DNA of 64,000 nucleotides, taken from positions 192,001 to 256,000 of the forward strand of contig OY771506.1 of NCBI GenBank assembly GCA_963674705.1, in the 5' to 3' direction. Positions 38,585 through 48,875 of the stretch are shown here, one piece after another. The notes beneath the pieces are model-generated. The model made no database searches and was not told the DNA's origin. It saw only the letters and a program-made list of their open reading frames with translations. Every line of letters begins with the position of its first letter. The first letter of the stretch is position 1. The position numbers and the translations under genes are program-made. The stretch is from Phycisphaeraceae bacterium. Its GTDB lineage: Bacteria; Planctomycetota; Phycisphaerae; Phycisphaerales; Phycisphaeraceae.

Positions 38585-40207
38585 TTGAATAACACGCCCC
38601 TTCAATCCGACACATTACTCGCCTGGGTGGATCGCCGCAGGTGGTGGTTATGGCTTTTCATTGCATTGGTTCTGCTGGCTGGATTTAACGGCCAGTGGCG
38701 CATCGGCCCCGACTCCGCCGTCCATGTCGAAGTCGCACGCAACCTCGCGGAAGGCTCGGGCTTCACCCACCCCACCGGCTTGGAAAGCACCATCCGGCCG
38801 GGGCTGGCCTGGCTCACAGCCGCGACGTTCCGCCTCTTCGGAATCGATCACTTCATCGCAATCGATCTGCTGGTGCTGCTTAGTATGGCAACCGTGCTTG
38901 TGCTGACATACTGGACGATTCAAGTGCGCTTTGATCGCCCTACCGCTGTCATCGTCGTCTGCATGCTTGCGTTGAACGAAACGTTTTACCGCTACGGCTA
39001 TCAAGTCCTGACAGACATGCCATTCCTGTTGGGCCTGATGCTTTTGCTGCTTGGGCTTGAACTACTTCAACGCGGCAGCAAACAGCGGCTGTTTGCACTA
39101 GTCGCGATAACGGTAGCTGTTCTAATCATGGTGTTTTTCCGAAGCGTGGTCATCATCGTGGCTGTCGCGGGTTTGCTTGCTGCGCTCTATCACATCTTGA
39201 AAGTAAGTGATGCCAAGACCCGGACTCGTTACATCACTTTCGCCGGCCTGTTTGCGATCGGATTGTTGATAATCACCTGGTTGATCGGCGGCGCATCACT
39301 TGTACGTGACGGCGGCAAAGCGATTAGCCTGATCGATAACAACCTAGGCGACACCTTCACGCGCATCCTCACCGATAACGGCCCGTCATTGATCGGTGAA
39401 CATTTATCCGAATCAATGCTCGGCTTCGACCCCGGATTATGGCTGGGTTTGCCACTAGGAATCCTCATCCTTGTTATGGGTATCTCTCTGTTCAGGTACC
39501 GACCGATATGGGGTTTGCTGGTCGGCGTCTTCGTGATGCAATGGTTGCTGCTGATCACAACTGAAAGGTATCTGCTGGTTATCATGCCGCTGCTGGCGCT
39601 GAGCTGGTGGCTGCTATTGCGCTGGTGCGATGCCCACATCAAACAACCGGTTCATGCGCGTTGGGCGGTAGCCGGCCTGCTGATCCTATGGTTCGTGCCG
39701 AATCTCGCGGAAATGAGTGTGTTTATCGCTGAACAACGGGCGCGCCCCTTTATTCAACATTACCAGGACGGCAGGTACCTGTCGGTTCAAGCCGTTGCCG
39801 ACGAACTTAAGCAGGTTGCAGAAGACGGAGACTTCATCATCGCAGACAACGCCCCTCAACTCACCTACTACTCGCAGCTGCCTGTCTACGGTCAGGCCAG
39901 TCTCCCGACCTACGGCTCGGAACGCGACACCACTGCAGAAGTACTACGCCAAGCAGATCGTATCCTGCTGGTCGAACCAACCAGCGAGAAGCTGAGCCTA
40001 CGCATCGAACAACTGAAGATGCAAAAGCTGGATGTGATCCGTGATGTGCCTCCCGCGGATATGCAAGATGCCCCGGCGTATCAGATCACTGAGATGCGGG
40101 CGCGCAACGTCAACTGGGAAAATTATCACAAGCGGTTGCAGAAGCGGTTAGATCGTTCCCGGGCCACGGAACAGGGAGACAGCGAGTCCGAAGAGCAAAC
40201 CCGATAG
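38585..40207 (+). CDS. Multi-TM GT-C (ArnT/PMT-like) glycosyltransferase
   Basis: D....VARNL.EG.G, PG, LTDMPF and RYLL motifs with many TMs. Confidence 0.7.
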   Translation: MNNTPLQSDTLLAWVDRRRWWLWLFIALVLLAGFNGQWRIGPDSAVHVEVARNLAEGSGFTHPTGLESTIRPGLAWLTAATFRLFGIDHFIAIDLLVLLSMATVLVLTYWTIQVRFDRPTAVIVVCMLALNETFYRYGYQVLTDMPFLLGLMLLLLGLELLQRGSKQRLFALVAITVAVLIMVFFRSVVIIVAVAGLLAALYHILKVSDAKTRTRYITFAGLFAIGLLIITWLIGGASLVRDGGKAISLIDNNLGDTFTRILTDNGPSLIGEHLSESMLGFDPGLWLGLPLGILILVMGISLFRYRPIWGLLVGVFVMQWLLLITTERYLLVIMPLLALSWWLLLRWCDAHIKQPVHARWAVAGLLILWFVPNLAEMSVFIAEQRARPFIQHYQDGRYLSVQAVADELKQVAEDGDFIIADNAPQLTYYSQLPVYGQASLPTYGSERDTTAEVLRQADRILLVEPTSEKLSLRIEQLKMQKLDVIRDVPPADMQDAPAYQITEMRARNVNWENYHKRLQKRLDRSRATEQGDSESEEQTR

Positions 40208-41065
40208 CGCGAAGAGGCCGGAGACAAGACCAATATCAGCATTGATTGGTTTGGCCGGTGGTGCCGCATAGCTGACGATACGTACAATCTGCTCGCTGTC
40301 ATCGCGTCTGACTTCAAAATCCGCATACCTTTTGTTTAGCGCATCCAACAAAAGCTTAGCCTGATCGAGTTCATTTTCTTTTTCCAAGCGTAACACATCA
40401 GACACATCATCGGGTAACGCTTTGACGACAGCTTCTGCGGCAAGCAAAGATGCTTTGGCCTGCTCAATCCTCACCATAGTTTGTTCAAGCTCTTCCTCGG
40501 TCGTGCCGTACGCTTTAACCAGCATGTCCCGGCAGATCTCCGCCCAGGTATTTGCAATCCGGGCCGCCTTCTTCGGGTCCTGATCCACCGCCCGAAGTGA
40601 CGCCAGTTCCCGACTCAACTGGTCGTAATAAATGATCCCCGCCAGGTCACCTCGAACTTCCTGATCTTGTATTTTTTTATCCTCAGCCTCTTGCACCAGT
40701 TTGCTCAACTGTTCTGTATCCGGCCAATCAGGATCGGGCCGACCCGCCAACCTGGCTTCCAGAATCTGGATCACTGCATCCGACTGGCAAACCGTCCCCA
40801 CCGTCCGACGCACCGGCGGAATCAGTTCCACCTCCATCGGCGTGTCATCCGAACCAATACGCAAGACCTGGATGTTGACCAGCAACACCGTCTCGGCACG
40901 ATACACCGGCGGGCTCATCAGGCTCCAGCCTGCCCCCACGATCAGACCGATCAGCGTAAACAGCAAAACAACACGCCCGTGACGGCGTATCGCCTTACCG
41001 AGGTAACGCAACTCAAATGTGTCTACAAAAACCGGTTGTGTGGAGCCTGGACTACTCTGGGACAT
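40148..41065 (-). CDS. Wzz-like polysaccharide co-polymerase
   Basis: N-terminal TM + P.YRAE, coiled coil, A.PP..P + C-terminal TM. Confidence 0.8.
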   Translation of the reverse strand: MSQSSPGSTQPVFVDTFELRYLGKAIRRHGRVVLLFTLIGLIVGAGWSLMSPPVYRAETVLLVNIQVLRIGSDDTPMEVELIPPVRRTVGTVCQSDAVIQILEARLAGRPDPDWPDTEQLSKLVQEAEDKKIQDQEVRGDLAGIIYYDQLSRELASLRAVDQDPKKAARIANTWAEICRDMLVKAYGTTEEELEQTMVRIEQAKASLLAAEAVVKALPDDVSDVLRLEKENELDQAKLLLDALNKRYADFEVRRDDSEQIVRIVSYAAPPAKPINADIGLVSGLFALSGLLFGLAVSLFRGPGTI

Positions 41066-41077
41066 CTGAACATCATA

Positions 41078-42109
41078 TCAATCACCAACAGGATGCGCAC
41101 AATCGCTTGCTTGCATAATGGGCCGACGCCGCACGATCAATCCCAACCCCAGCCCCAAACAAACCGCCGTCCCGGGTTCCGGCAACGTAGCCCCATCGGT
41201 CGACCTCAGCACCAGCGAGGTATCGACAAATGAAGTATTAATAACAAACTCGTTGCGATCATTGACAGAACTGGCATATTGACGGCCACGCTCGGTCGGG
41301 TCTGTATATAACTTATTCGTAAACCATACCGACAATTCATCGCTAGGTGTCCACACCCTGGAATCAATATTCGGGGTTTGATAACGAGGCGTAATGGGCA
41401 GCTCATATCCCCCCGGAAATACCGGGCAACTGTACCAATCTGAATAATCCCAATAGGTACCAGTCGGTGTAGGAGTCGTTGGGGTTTCAGGTTCCAACTC
41501 AGCCTCGGGCACTTCTTCAACCACTGCTGTCACGACCGGCGCGACACCCGCCTGGAGTACCACGTCAAATCGTTGCCCACCGGTTAATAGCGCCACCGCC
41601 CCCGTCGCGTCATCGCTGAGCGTAAGCCGGCCGATCGTGGTTGTGCCGATGTCGCTTTTGTCAATGTTGTACCACGACACATCCAAACGGTTTGTGTCAA
41701 AGGCAAACCCTGTACCGCCGAGGTCACCCGCACCGCCGATGATATTGCCGATGACAAAAGTGTCGACCCGCATCGCCGGATCGGGCCATGTCTGCCACAT
41801 ATTGACCGGGTCATTATCACTACCGTTCGCATATTGATAGATCGAGCCGGAATCCAGAGTCAAAAGCATGGCCGCCGAGGTCCAGTCACTGTCGGTCGTG
41901 ACTTGTAAGTCATACGTCACATAGCCGGTCAAAGCCGCGGCGTTGTCGACCGGCGACATCTCAAATACAACCGACGCGCGTGAGAATCCACAGGCACTGT
42001 GTAAAAGAAAAACCAGACAGAAAAACCGCATCCACCATGCGGAAAACGAAGACCGCATGATGCGTACAGAAAGTGCATCTGCTTCAGATACTGGCTCGTG
42101 TGTGAACAT
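41078..42109 (-). CDS. PEP-CTERM surface protein (start uncertain: 42109, 42058 or 42031)
   Basis: Signal-like segment; E/P/T-rich linker; LPEPGT + TM + RRR. Confidence 0.8.
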   Translation of the reverse strand: MFTHEPVSEADALSVRIMRSSFSAWWMRFFCLVFLLHSACGFSRASVVFEMSPVDNAAALTGYVTYDLQVTTDSDWTSAAMLLTLDSGSIYQYANGSDNDPVNMWQTWPDPAMRVDTFVIGNIIGGAGDLGGTGFAFDTNRLDVSWYNIDKSDIGTTTIGRLTLSDDATGAVALLTGGQRFDVVLQAGVAPVVTAVVEEVPEAELEPETPTTPTPTGTYWDYSDWYSCPVFPGGYELPITPRYQTPNIDSRVWTPSDELSVWFTNKLYTDPTERGRQYASSVNDRNEFVINTSFVDTSLVLRSTDGATLPEPGTAVCLGLGLGLIVRRRPIMQASDCAHPVGD

Positions 42110-42271
42110 GCTACCCCCATTTTTTATCAAAGCATAGACTGTATACTGGCTAATCAATGTATAACAGCGACGGAGCAGATTCAAGATAATCTGTGCTGAG
42201 GCTGATAATTCAGAAATAAATTCACTTCGGCCCGGTCGCATTACACGTTCATGCAATGACACGTATGCGCC

Positions 42272-42308
42272 AAAATAAAAAGCCCCGTCAATATCACGGC
42301 GACGGGGC
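42272..42308 (-). terminator. Intrinsic terminator after htpX
   Basis: Minus strand GCCCCGTC...GACGGGGC-TTTTTATTTT. Confidence 0.75.
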
Positions 42309-42347
42309 GGAGGGGAGAAAGAATCGCGGCCAGAGAGGCCGACGCTT

Positions 42348-43178
42348 TTACGCCAGTTCACGGAGCTTCGCGATGCGGTCGGCGGTCTTGGGGTGGGTTG
42401 AGAACAAACCGGCTAACCCGCCGGCCGACAGCGGCTGCACGATGAACATATGGTTCTGCGTCGGCATCTCATTTTGCATCGGCACACGCTTCGCTTGAGC
42501 TTCAAGTTTTTGTAACGCAGAAATCAGACCATAGGGAGAACCCGCAATCGCCGCACCGTCCGCATCGGCCACAAATTCCCGGCTGCGGCTGATCGCCATC
42601 TGGATAATCCCCGCTGCAATCGGCGCCAGGATCACAAACAGCAGCGCCGCCAACGGGTTCGAGTCCCGGCTATTTCCGCCGAACATGAACATCCAGCCCA
42701 GCATGCTGATCACACCCGCGATCGTCGCGGCTATCGTCGATGTCAGCGTGTCCCGGTTCTTCACGTGCGCCAGCTCGTGCGCCATCACGCCTTCAAGCTC
42801 ATCATAAGTAAGTAGTTGCAGCGCACCCTGTGTCACGGCCACGGCCGCGTTTTTAGGATTTCGGCCGGTCGCAAAGGCGTTGGGCGCGTTATGCGGGCAG
42901 ACATACACTCGCGGCATCGGCAGCCCCGCGTTCTGCGAAAGCTGTCTGACCATACGAATCAAGTCTGGGGCCGAACGCTCATCCACCTGCTGACCGCGCA
43001 TCGAGGCGATGGCGATCTTGTCGCTGTAGAAGTACGCAATAAAGTTCATGAGCCCGCCGAAGACAAAGGCGATCGCCAGCCCGCGCGGCCCACCGAAAAA
43101 ATGGCCCGCCATCAGGATCAGGCCGAACATCAGCCCCAGAAGAACGGCCGTCTTGGTGTTGTTGATGAATTTTGTCAT
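42348..43178 (-). CDS. htpX: Zinc metalloprotease HtpX
   Basis: PNAFATG, HELAH, SRSRE..AD and STHP motifs. Confidence 0.95.
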   Translation of the reverse strand: MTKFINNTKTAVLLGLMFGLILMAGHFFGGPRGLAIAFVFGGLMNFIAYFYSDKIAIASMRGQQVDERSAPDLIRMVRQLSQNAGLPMPRVYVCPHNAPNAFATGRNPKNAAVAVTQGALQLLTYDELEGVMAHELAHVKNRDTLTSTIAATIAGVISMLGWMFMFGGNSRDSNPLAALLFVILAPIAAGIIQMAISRSREFVADADGAAIAGSPYGLISALQKLEAQAKRVPMQNEMPTQNHMFIVQPLSAGGLAGLFSTHPKTADRIAKLRELA

Positions 43179-43349
43179 GGTTTGTCACTCCTGAATCAAA
43201 TCCCCGAAAACTCCTTTTCTGTGGTTGCTTTTTGGTCATTCCGCCCATTAATACGCAAGCCGTGTGCCCCGGTTCAGTGGGCGCATAAGCGTAGTCGGAC
43301 AAGATTGCAGAACCTTGTCATAAAACGCAAGTATTTATTATTTCGAGAC

Positions 43350-44213
43350 TTATGTCCCGCCAAACCCCAGCGGCAGCCCTGCCATCTTCCAGGCGGCGAC
43401 GGACATTAGCAGGATAAAGGCGATCCGGACCTGCCGAAGCGGCAGGCGGTGGGTGAGTCCGGCCCCGATCCGCGAGCCGACCCAGGCTGTGGGCGCAAGC
43501 AGCGCCGCGATCAGCAGGCTAACCTTCCAACTGATCGGGCTGGCCTCCGTGGCGTGCTGGGCGAGTGTCGCGTTCTTGTAGATCGCCCCGATGGTCGCGC
43601 TGATGCAGATGATGGCCGACGAATTCCCGATGCAGTTACGCAACGGCATCTTCATCCAGATCTGCTGAAGCGGTACCGCGATCGCCCCGCCACCGATCCC
43701 CAGCAGCCCCGCAATGGTGCCCATCACCGCCCCCACACCCAGCCCACGCACCGGCGTGATCGTGCGATTTTCAAGCTTGTCCGGATGAGACTTCGTCCGC
43801 AGCTTCCGGATATTCACCACGATCACGTACACCAGGAAAACCGCAAGCAACCGCCCCAGCCAGCGCCCGCCGTCCGCCCCTTCAAATACAGGCAGATTAC
43901 TGACCCACACACCGATCAGAATAAACACCAGCGCCGCCGGCAGCATCCACACAAGCGCATCACCCACCAGCGCCCCAGCTTTACGATGTCGCAACATCGC
44001 GGGGATCGCCACGACCACATTCACAACCATCGCCGAGGCTTGAAACAGATGCTGGTTCGGCACAGCCGACTTGCTCATCGAAAACAAGATCGCCAGCCCC
44101 GGGATCATCACCACGCTCCCCCCAACCCCCAGCATCCCCCCAAGCATCCCGGCAATTAACCCGAGCAACAGGATCAATACAAAGATAAGCGGGTCGTTGA
44201 AGAAACTGGCCAT
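43350..44213 (-). CDS. TauE/SafE family sulfite-exporter-like membrane protein
   Basis: Duplicated G...G.LG.GGG motifs; about 8 TMs. Confidence 0.88.
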   Translation of the reverse strand: MASFFNDPLIFVLILLLGLIAGMLGGMLGVGGSVVMIPGLAILFSMSKSAVPNQHLFQASAMVVNVVVAIPAMLRHRKAGALVGDALVWMLPAALVFILIGVWVSNLPVFEGADGGRWLGRLLAVFLVYVIVVNIRKLRTKSHPDKLENRTITPVRGLGVGAVMGTIAGLLGIGGGAIAVPLQQIWMKMPLRNCIGNSSAIICISATIGAIYKNATLAQHATEASPISWKVSLLIAALLAPTAWVGSRIGAGLTHRLPLRQVRIAFILLMSVAAWKMAGLPLGFGGT

Positions 44214-44239
44214 AGATAGATTCTACATAAAGATTCAAC

Positions 44240-44402
44240 CACAGAGGCACAGAGACACAGAGAAAACTATTTGGAACAGGGATGAATACGGATAAACACA
44301 GATGGAATGTAAGAAAAGGCTACTTCTCGAACCCTCTTGACTTATCCGTGTTCATCTGGGTTCATCCCTGCTCCTCCCCCTCTGTGTCTCTGTGCCTCTG
44401 TG
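44240..44402. repeat. Nested inverted-repeat element built from 8- and 9-mer tandem units
   Basis: Perfect 23-bp outer IR (44240-44262 / 44380-44402); imperfect inner IR (44277-44304 / 44343-44370). Confidence 0.9.
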
Positions 44403-44403
44403 C

Positions 44404-45582
44404 TTAATCATCTCGATTCACCTTTGATTCGACATTTTCCAATCGTTCAGGTAACTCGCGGTCGACCAGTTCGTAACACATCTTCTCGTACTGATCCGTC
44501 ACCGCTTCCCATGAGTACACCCGTGCAGCGTGGGCGGCCGCTTTCTGTCGATACGTCTCCGCCTCATCGGGATCCTTCAGGATTGCATCGAGTATCTCGG
44601 TAAGCGATTCTGCCCCGCGATCACCCTCATAGTTCAGGCCGCTGCCGTCGACGGTCTGTAGGTTTACGGGCGTGTTATTGACGATGCAGCAGTTGCCCAT
44701 CGCCATCGCCTCGATCAGCGCCGGGTGCGTCCCGCCGACGCCGGTCGTGGCGACATAGGCATACGCATTGGAGCCCAACTCCCGATAGCCTTCACCGAAG
44801 ACATAACCGGTGAAGATGATGCGTTCATCACCGCCGGCCAGGTCGCGAAGCTGCTTCTGGTAGTCCTCCGCATACGGCGCGTCACCGACGATCACGCACT
44901 TCATATCCGTGTCGAGTTTTGCAAATGCTTCGACCAGGTGATGCGCATTGTTCTCCGGAACCAGCCGACCCACAAACAGGACATATCGCTTGGCTTCGAG
45001 GTTGTATTGCGCCAGTGTCTCGCCCGGTGGCAGCTTGTCGATATCCGAGCCGTACACGATGTAGGGCGGAGCCTTGCCGGTCGTGTCCTTGTAATACGCC
45101 TGCACCAGCGGGCTGTCCGTCAGATATAGGTCCGGCCCGTACTGTGCGTACCACTCAGCAAACTGGATGTACTTCTTCGCCAGGCTGTTCCACTTATCCC
45201 GTTTCCAGTCCAGGCCATCGACGTTCAGCGCCGTCTTCGTACCGATAAGCCGGGGGATCCACGTAACCGGGCTGTTGCCCGCGATGAAGTACAGCCCGAC
45301 ATCGTAATTCTGCTGCAGCGCGTGGATCGACGAAATAAAGCTGTGCACCAGCGTATCGAGGAATTTATTGCGGATCGTCGGCAGCTTGATCAGCCGCATG
45401 CCCAGGTATTCATCGCCGGGATACTTGATGTGATGCGATCGGCAATAGACCGTCACATCATGCCCGCGTTCGGCAAGCCGCTTCCCCAGTTGCTCGACGC
45501 ACGTCTCGAACCCGCTGTAACTGGCCGGGACGCCGCGTGTGCCCATCAGGGCGATCTTGAGATTGTTTACTTTATCTGCCAT
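44404..45582 (-). CDS. GT4 glycosyltransferase (DUF1972-type N-terminus)
   Basis: GTRGVPA.YSGFET, NVDGLDW.R.KW, VGRLVPEN and GGTHPALIEAM motifs. Confidence 0.92.
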   Translation of the reverse strand: MADKVNNLKIALMGTRGVPASYSGFETCVEQLGKRLAERGHDVTVYCRSHHIKYPGDEYLGMRLIKLPTIRNKFLDTLVHSFISSIHALQQNYDVGLYFIAGNSPVTWIPRLIGTKTALNVDGLDWKRDKWNSLAKKYIQFAEWYAQYGPDLYLTDSPLVQAYYKDTTGKAPPYIVYGSDIDKLPPGETLAQYNLEAKRYVLFVGRLVPENNAHHLVEAFAKLDTDMKCVIVGDAPYAEDYQKQLRDLAGGDERIIFTGYVFGEGYRELGSNAYAYVATTGVGGTHPALIEAMAMGNCCIVNNTPVNLQTVDGSGLNYEGDRGAESLTEILDAILKDPDEAETYRQKAAAHAARVYSWEAVTDQYEKMCYELVDRELPERLENVESKVNRDD

Positions 45583-45643
45583 GTAGGCGAGACAGTATAA
45601 GCATAATGCGCGCGTGTCGAACGCATGAAACAGAATCCCCACT

Positions 45644-45718
45644 CAACGCCGGTCCTGAGCGCAGCGAAGGGGCGGGTGGTTTTCGGGTATCGGGTATCGG
45701 GTATCGGGTATCGGGTAT
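45644..45718. repeat. Composite element copy 3: core CAACGCCGGTCCTGAGCGCAGCGAAGG followed by (CGGGTAT)x5
   Basis: Direct read; module order is swapped relative to copies 1 and 2. Confidence 0.9.
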
Positions 45719-45814
45719 CGAATTGTATGACGATGTGCAGATTCCATATTCCACATCGAACATTCCACATTGAACATCCCCCCGCCGCTCTCTACGATGT
45801 CGACTTGCCAGCCC

Positions 45815-46741
45815 ATGCCCGACACCACACTGCCCAACCTGATCATCGCCGGCGTCAACAAGGCGGGAACCACCTCGCTCTACACCTACCTCGCGCAGCA
45901 TCCGCAGATCGGCGCCTCCGCCATCAAGGAAACCTGCCACTTCCTGCCCCTGCGCTACGGCGAACCCATGCCCAGCCTCGATAACTACCGCAGGCAATTC
46001 CAGCAGGTCACCGATAAACCCATCCGCTTCGAATCCACCCCCGGCTACTTCTACGGCGGCCAACCCCTGATCGACGGCCTGCGTGAAACCATGGGCGATG
46101 ACCTGCGCATCATCCTCATCTTCCGCGAACCAGTCAGCCGGTTGGTCTCGTTCTTCAACTTCAAAAAAAGCACACTCGAACTACCCGCCGACCTCACGCT
46201 CAGCGAGTACATCGAACGCTGTCAAACAATGACCGTAGCCGACCTGCGCAAACGCGACAACAATCCGTGGTTCGGCCTGGAAGGCGGCAAATATGCCGAC
46301 TACCTCCAACCATGGCTCGATGCTTTTCCGAATCGTCTCAAAATCTTTTTCATGGACGACCTGAATCACAATGCACGTAACGTGCTTCGAGATATCCTGT
46401 CCTTTGTCGAACTCGATCCGGCCACAGCCGATACCATCGAACTTTCGCGCGAAAATAAGGGGACGGATTACCGTTTCGCCGGCGCTCAAAAGGCAGCGCT
46501 TACCCTGAACCGCATGGGCGAAACATTCTGGCGTTCGCACCCGAAGATTAAACGTTCGCTCCGCCGGCTCTATTACACGCTGAACGGCAAGAAGTTCGAT
46601 AAGCTCGAGGACGACCAGACGCTGCAAGCCCTACAACGGTTCTATGAGCCTTACAGCGCTCGCTTCGCCCAGCAACTGATTGAAGCCGGCATCACCAACC
46701 TGCCCGGCTGGCTTCAAACGAAGGGGGAACCCGTCGCATGA
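45815..46741 (+). CDS. Sulfotransferase
   Basis: 5'-PSB G..KAGTTSL; KET..F; ESTPGY; 3'-PB REP..R..S. Confidence 0.92.
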   Translation: MPDTTLPNLIIAGVNKAGTTSLYTYLAQHPQIGASAIKETCHFLPLRYGEPMPSLDNYRRQFQQVTDKPIRFESTPGYFYGGQPLIDGLRETMGDDLRIILIFREPVSRLVSFFNFKKSTLELPADLTLSEYIERCQTMTVADLRKRDNNPWFGLEGGKYADYLQPWLDAFPNRLKIFFMDDLNHNARNVLRDILSFVELDPATADTIELSRENKGTDYRFAGAQKAALTLNRMGETFWRSHPKIKRSLRRLYYTLNGKKFDKLEDDQTLQALQRFYEPYSARFAQQLIEAGITNLPGWLQTKGEPVA

Positions 46742-47736
46742 TCGCGCAGCTCGATCCCGACTACATCCGCACCCGCCCGACCAAAGCGCTGTCGCGCATC
46801 ATTACCCATTTACTTCTGCAAGGCCGTCCACTGACCACCGCAGCCCGCTGGATGAACCCGCTGCTTCTCGCGCAGTACAACGCAGCCAAACACCTGCCGA
46901 TGCCCGAAATCGTTCACAAGCCCGTCTTCGTGCTCGGTACAGGACGCAGCGGTACCACCATCCTCGGCAAAGTCCTCGGCATGCACCGCGACCTGCTTTT
47001 CCTCAACGAACCCAAAGCCCTCTGGCACGCCGCCTGCCCTGTCGATGATGTCATGGGCAATTATCAGCTCGGTGATGCACGCTACACGCTCGACGCAGAA
47101 GATGCAGATGAACAAACCGCCCTCGCGATCCGACGGATCTACAGCTACGCGCTGACCATCACTAACTCAGGCCGCATCCTCGACAAGTACCCCGAGATGA
47201 TCTTCCGTGTCGACTTCATCAAGGCGATCTTCCCGGATGCCAAACTGCTGTTCCTGACACGCAACGGCTACGATGCGCTGCGCTCGATCACCAGGTGGTC
47301 GGAAAAATCAGGACGCGAAACCACGCAAGGCCTCGAAGACTGGTGGGGCCTGGACCGCCGCAAGTGGAACCTGCTCGTGCGCGACGTGGTTGCCCAGGAT
47401 GATGCGCTCGCCGACCGTGCCGAAGAAATAAAAAATATCACACGCCACGAGGACATGGCCGCAGTCGAATGGGTTGTGACGATGCGTAAAGGTTTACAGC
47501 TCAAAGAGCAGAACGCGGACAGCTTGCACTTTGTGCCATACGAAGCACTATGCAAAGACCCCGAAACCGTGCTGCGTGATGTTTGCGAATATTGTGAACT
47601 GCCGGAAGACAAAAAGTTCCTCGACTTTGCCAAGCGCACACTCTCTCCTGTCCCCGCCCGGGCCAAGACCGAACTCGATCCGCTGATCGAAAATGTCTTC
47701 CTCGACACGATGCAAAGACTGGCGTATCCAGAATAG
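46738..47736 (+). CDS. Sulfotransferase (Sulfotransfer_3-like)
   Basis: GTGRSGTT, LNEP, DK.P, R.G.D...S and YE.L..DP motifs. Confidence 0.9.
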   Translation: MIAQLDPDYIRTRPTKALSRIITHLLLQGRPLTTAARWMNPLLLAQYNAAKHLPMPEIVHKPVFVLGTGRSGTTILGKVLGMHRDLLFLNEPKALWHAACPVDDVMGNYQLGDARYTLDAEDADEQTALAIRRIYSYALTITNSGRILDKYPEMIFRVDFIKAIFPDAKLLFLTRNGYDALRSITRWSEKSGRETTQGLEDWWGLDRRKWNLLVRDVVAQDDALADRAEEIKNITRHEDMAAVEWVVTMRKGLQLKEQNADSLHFVPYEALCKDPETVLRDVCEYCELPEDKKFLDFAKRTLSPVPARAKTELDPLIENVFLDTMQRLAYPE

Positions 47737-47847
47737 TAGCCACGAAAAGGCACAAAACTCACCAAATGTATGACGATTGAGTCGATGGGTATTGTGTCCA
47801 AATCAACTCCGGTCCAATTTTGTGGTTTTTGTGACTTTTCGTGGCTA
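47737..47847. repeat. Inverted-repeat element with ~31-bp arms between convergent sulfotransferases
   Basis: tagccacgaaaaggcacaaaa ... tttttgtgacttttcgtggcta. Confidence 0.85.
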
Positions 47848-47864
47848 AAAAAATGAATTGCCTA

Positions 47865-48875
47865 TCAACGAGCAAGGCGCCGGAATAAAGATTCACGCAG
47901 ATTTTTGATCCGCCGGATATTCAGCGCCAGCGCAAGTGCGCTCTTGAATAGCCACGTGATTCTGCTGAATAGCAGCGCCGCGATGGTTGAACGGATCTTT
48001 TCAGGTTCGTAGCTGTGACGACTCATGTGCTCGCTGCAGATGTGTTGGCAGATCGCGATCTCGGTTGATGTCAGCCCGCCGTCGCGCCACCGTCCTGCCG
48101 CTTTCGGGTCGAGCCCGCGCTCGGTCGGCCGATCCTGCTGATGCGAAGACCCAACTCTCGGCACATCAAGCATGTTCGCGTTAAACAGCAGCCCCGTCAC
48201 ATCGCAGATGCGCTTCAATTGCGGCTTTGGATCATTGAGTAAATCTTCAAACCGCAGCACACACACACGTCGATCATCCTTGAACCGGTCCCCCGCCGCG
48301 ACGCCGCTACGCCACAGTAAACTGATCGTGATAGGATGATATCCCGCCCATGTGCGTAATGCGTTCCGCCAGGGTGTGCCCCTCGCACCCAGCCGCCTTC
48401 GTTTCCACCGGTTTTTCTGCGACAGCAGCACATCCCGTGGATCGCGTACCATCACGACAAACCTTGCCTCGGGATATAGATCGAGCAACTCCTCGATGTA
48501 ATACAGATTGCGCGGCGTCTGATCGCAGACGATTGTTTTGTGATGCTGTCCGCATTCATATTCAAGAAACGCGGCGAAAACCCCCGGCGGTGTAATGGGC
48601 TCGGATATATCAGCAACAACCTGCTCCGCTTCTTCGCGGTACTGCTCGATATCAGCCTGCGTGTAGTATCCGTCTCGTTGGATGGTCAGGAGGCGGGCGA
48701 CCAGGCTGGTCGCGGCTGCGGTATCAATGGGCTGCGGCTGTTTTTCAGGTTGCCAGAGCTGTTCAAAAAAGTGCAGCTCGTTGAATGTGAATACATCGCC
48801 GTGCCCGCCCAATACTCTACCCATCATGGTCGTGCCGCTTCGGCTGTTGCCGACGACAAAAATCACGCGCTGCAT
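47865..48875 (-). CDS. Sulfotransferase (Sulfotransfer_3-like)
   Basis: GNSRSGTT, DQTP.N, RDPRDV..S and RFEDL motifs. Confidence 0.92.
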   Translation of the reverse strand: MQRVIFVVGNSRSGTTMMGRVLGGHGDVFTFNELHFFEQLWQPEKQPQPIDTAAATSLVARLLTIQRDGYYTQADIEQYREEAEQVVADISEPITPPGVFAAFLEYECGQHHKTIVCDQTPRNLYYIEELLDLYPEARFVVMVRDPRDVLLSQKNRWKRRRLGARGTPWRNALRTWAGYHPITISLLWRSGVAAGDRFKDDRRVCVLRFEDLLNDPKPQLKRICDVTGLLFNANMLDVPRVGSSHQQDRPTERGLDPKAAGRWRDGGLTSTEIAICQHICSEHMSRHSYEPEKIRSTIAALLFSRITWLFKSALALALNIRRIKNLRESLFRRLAR

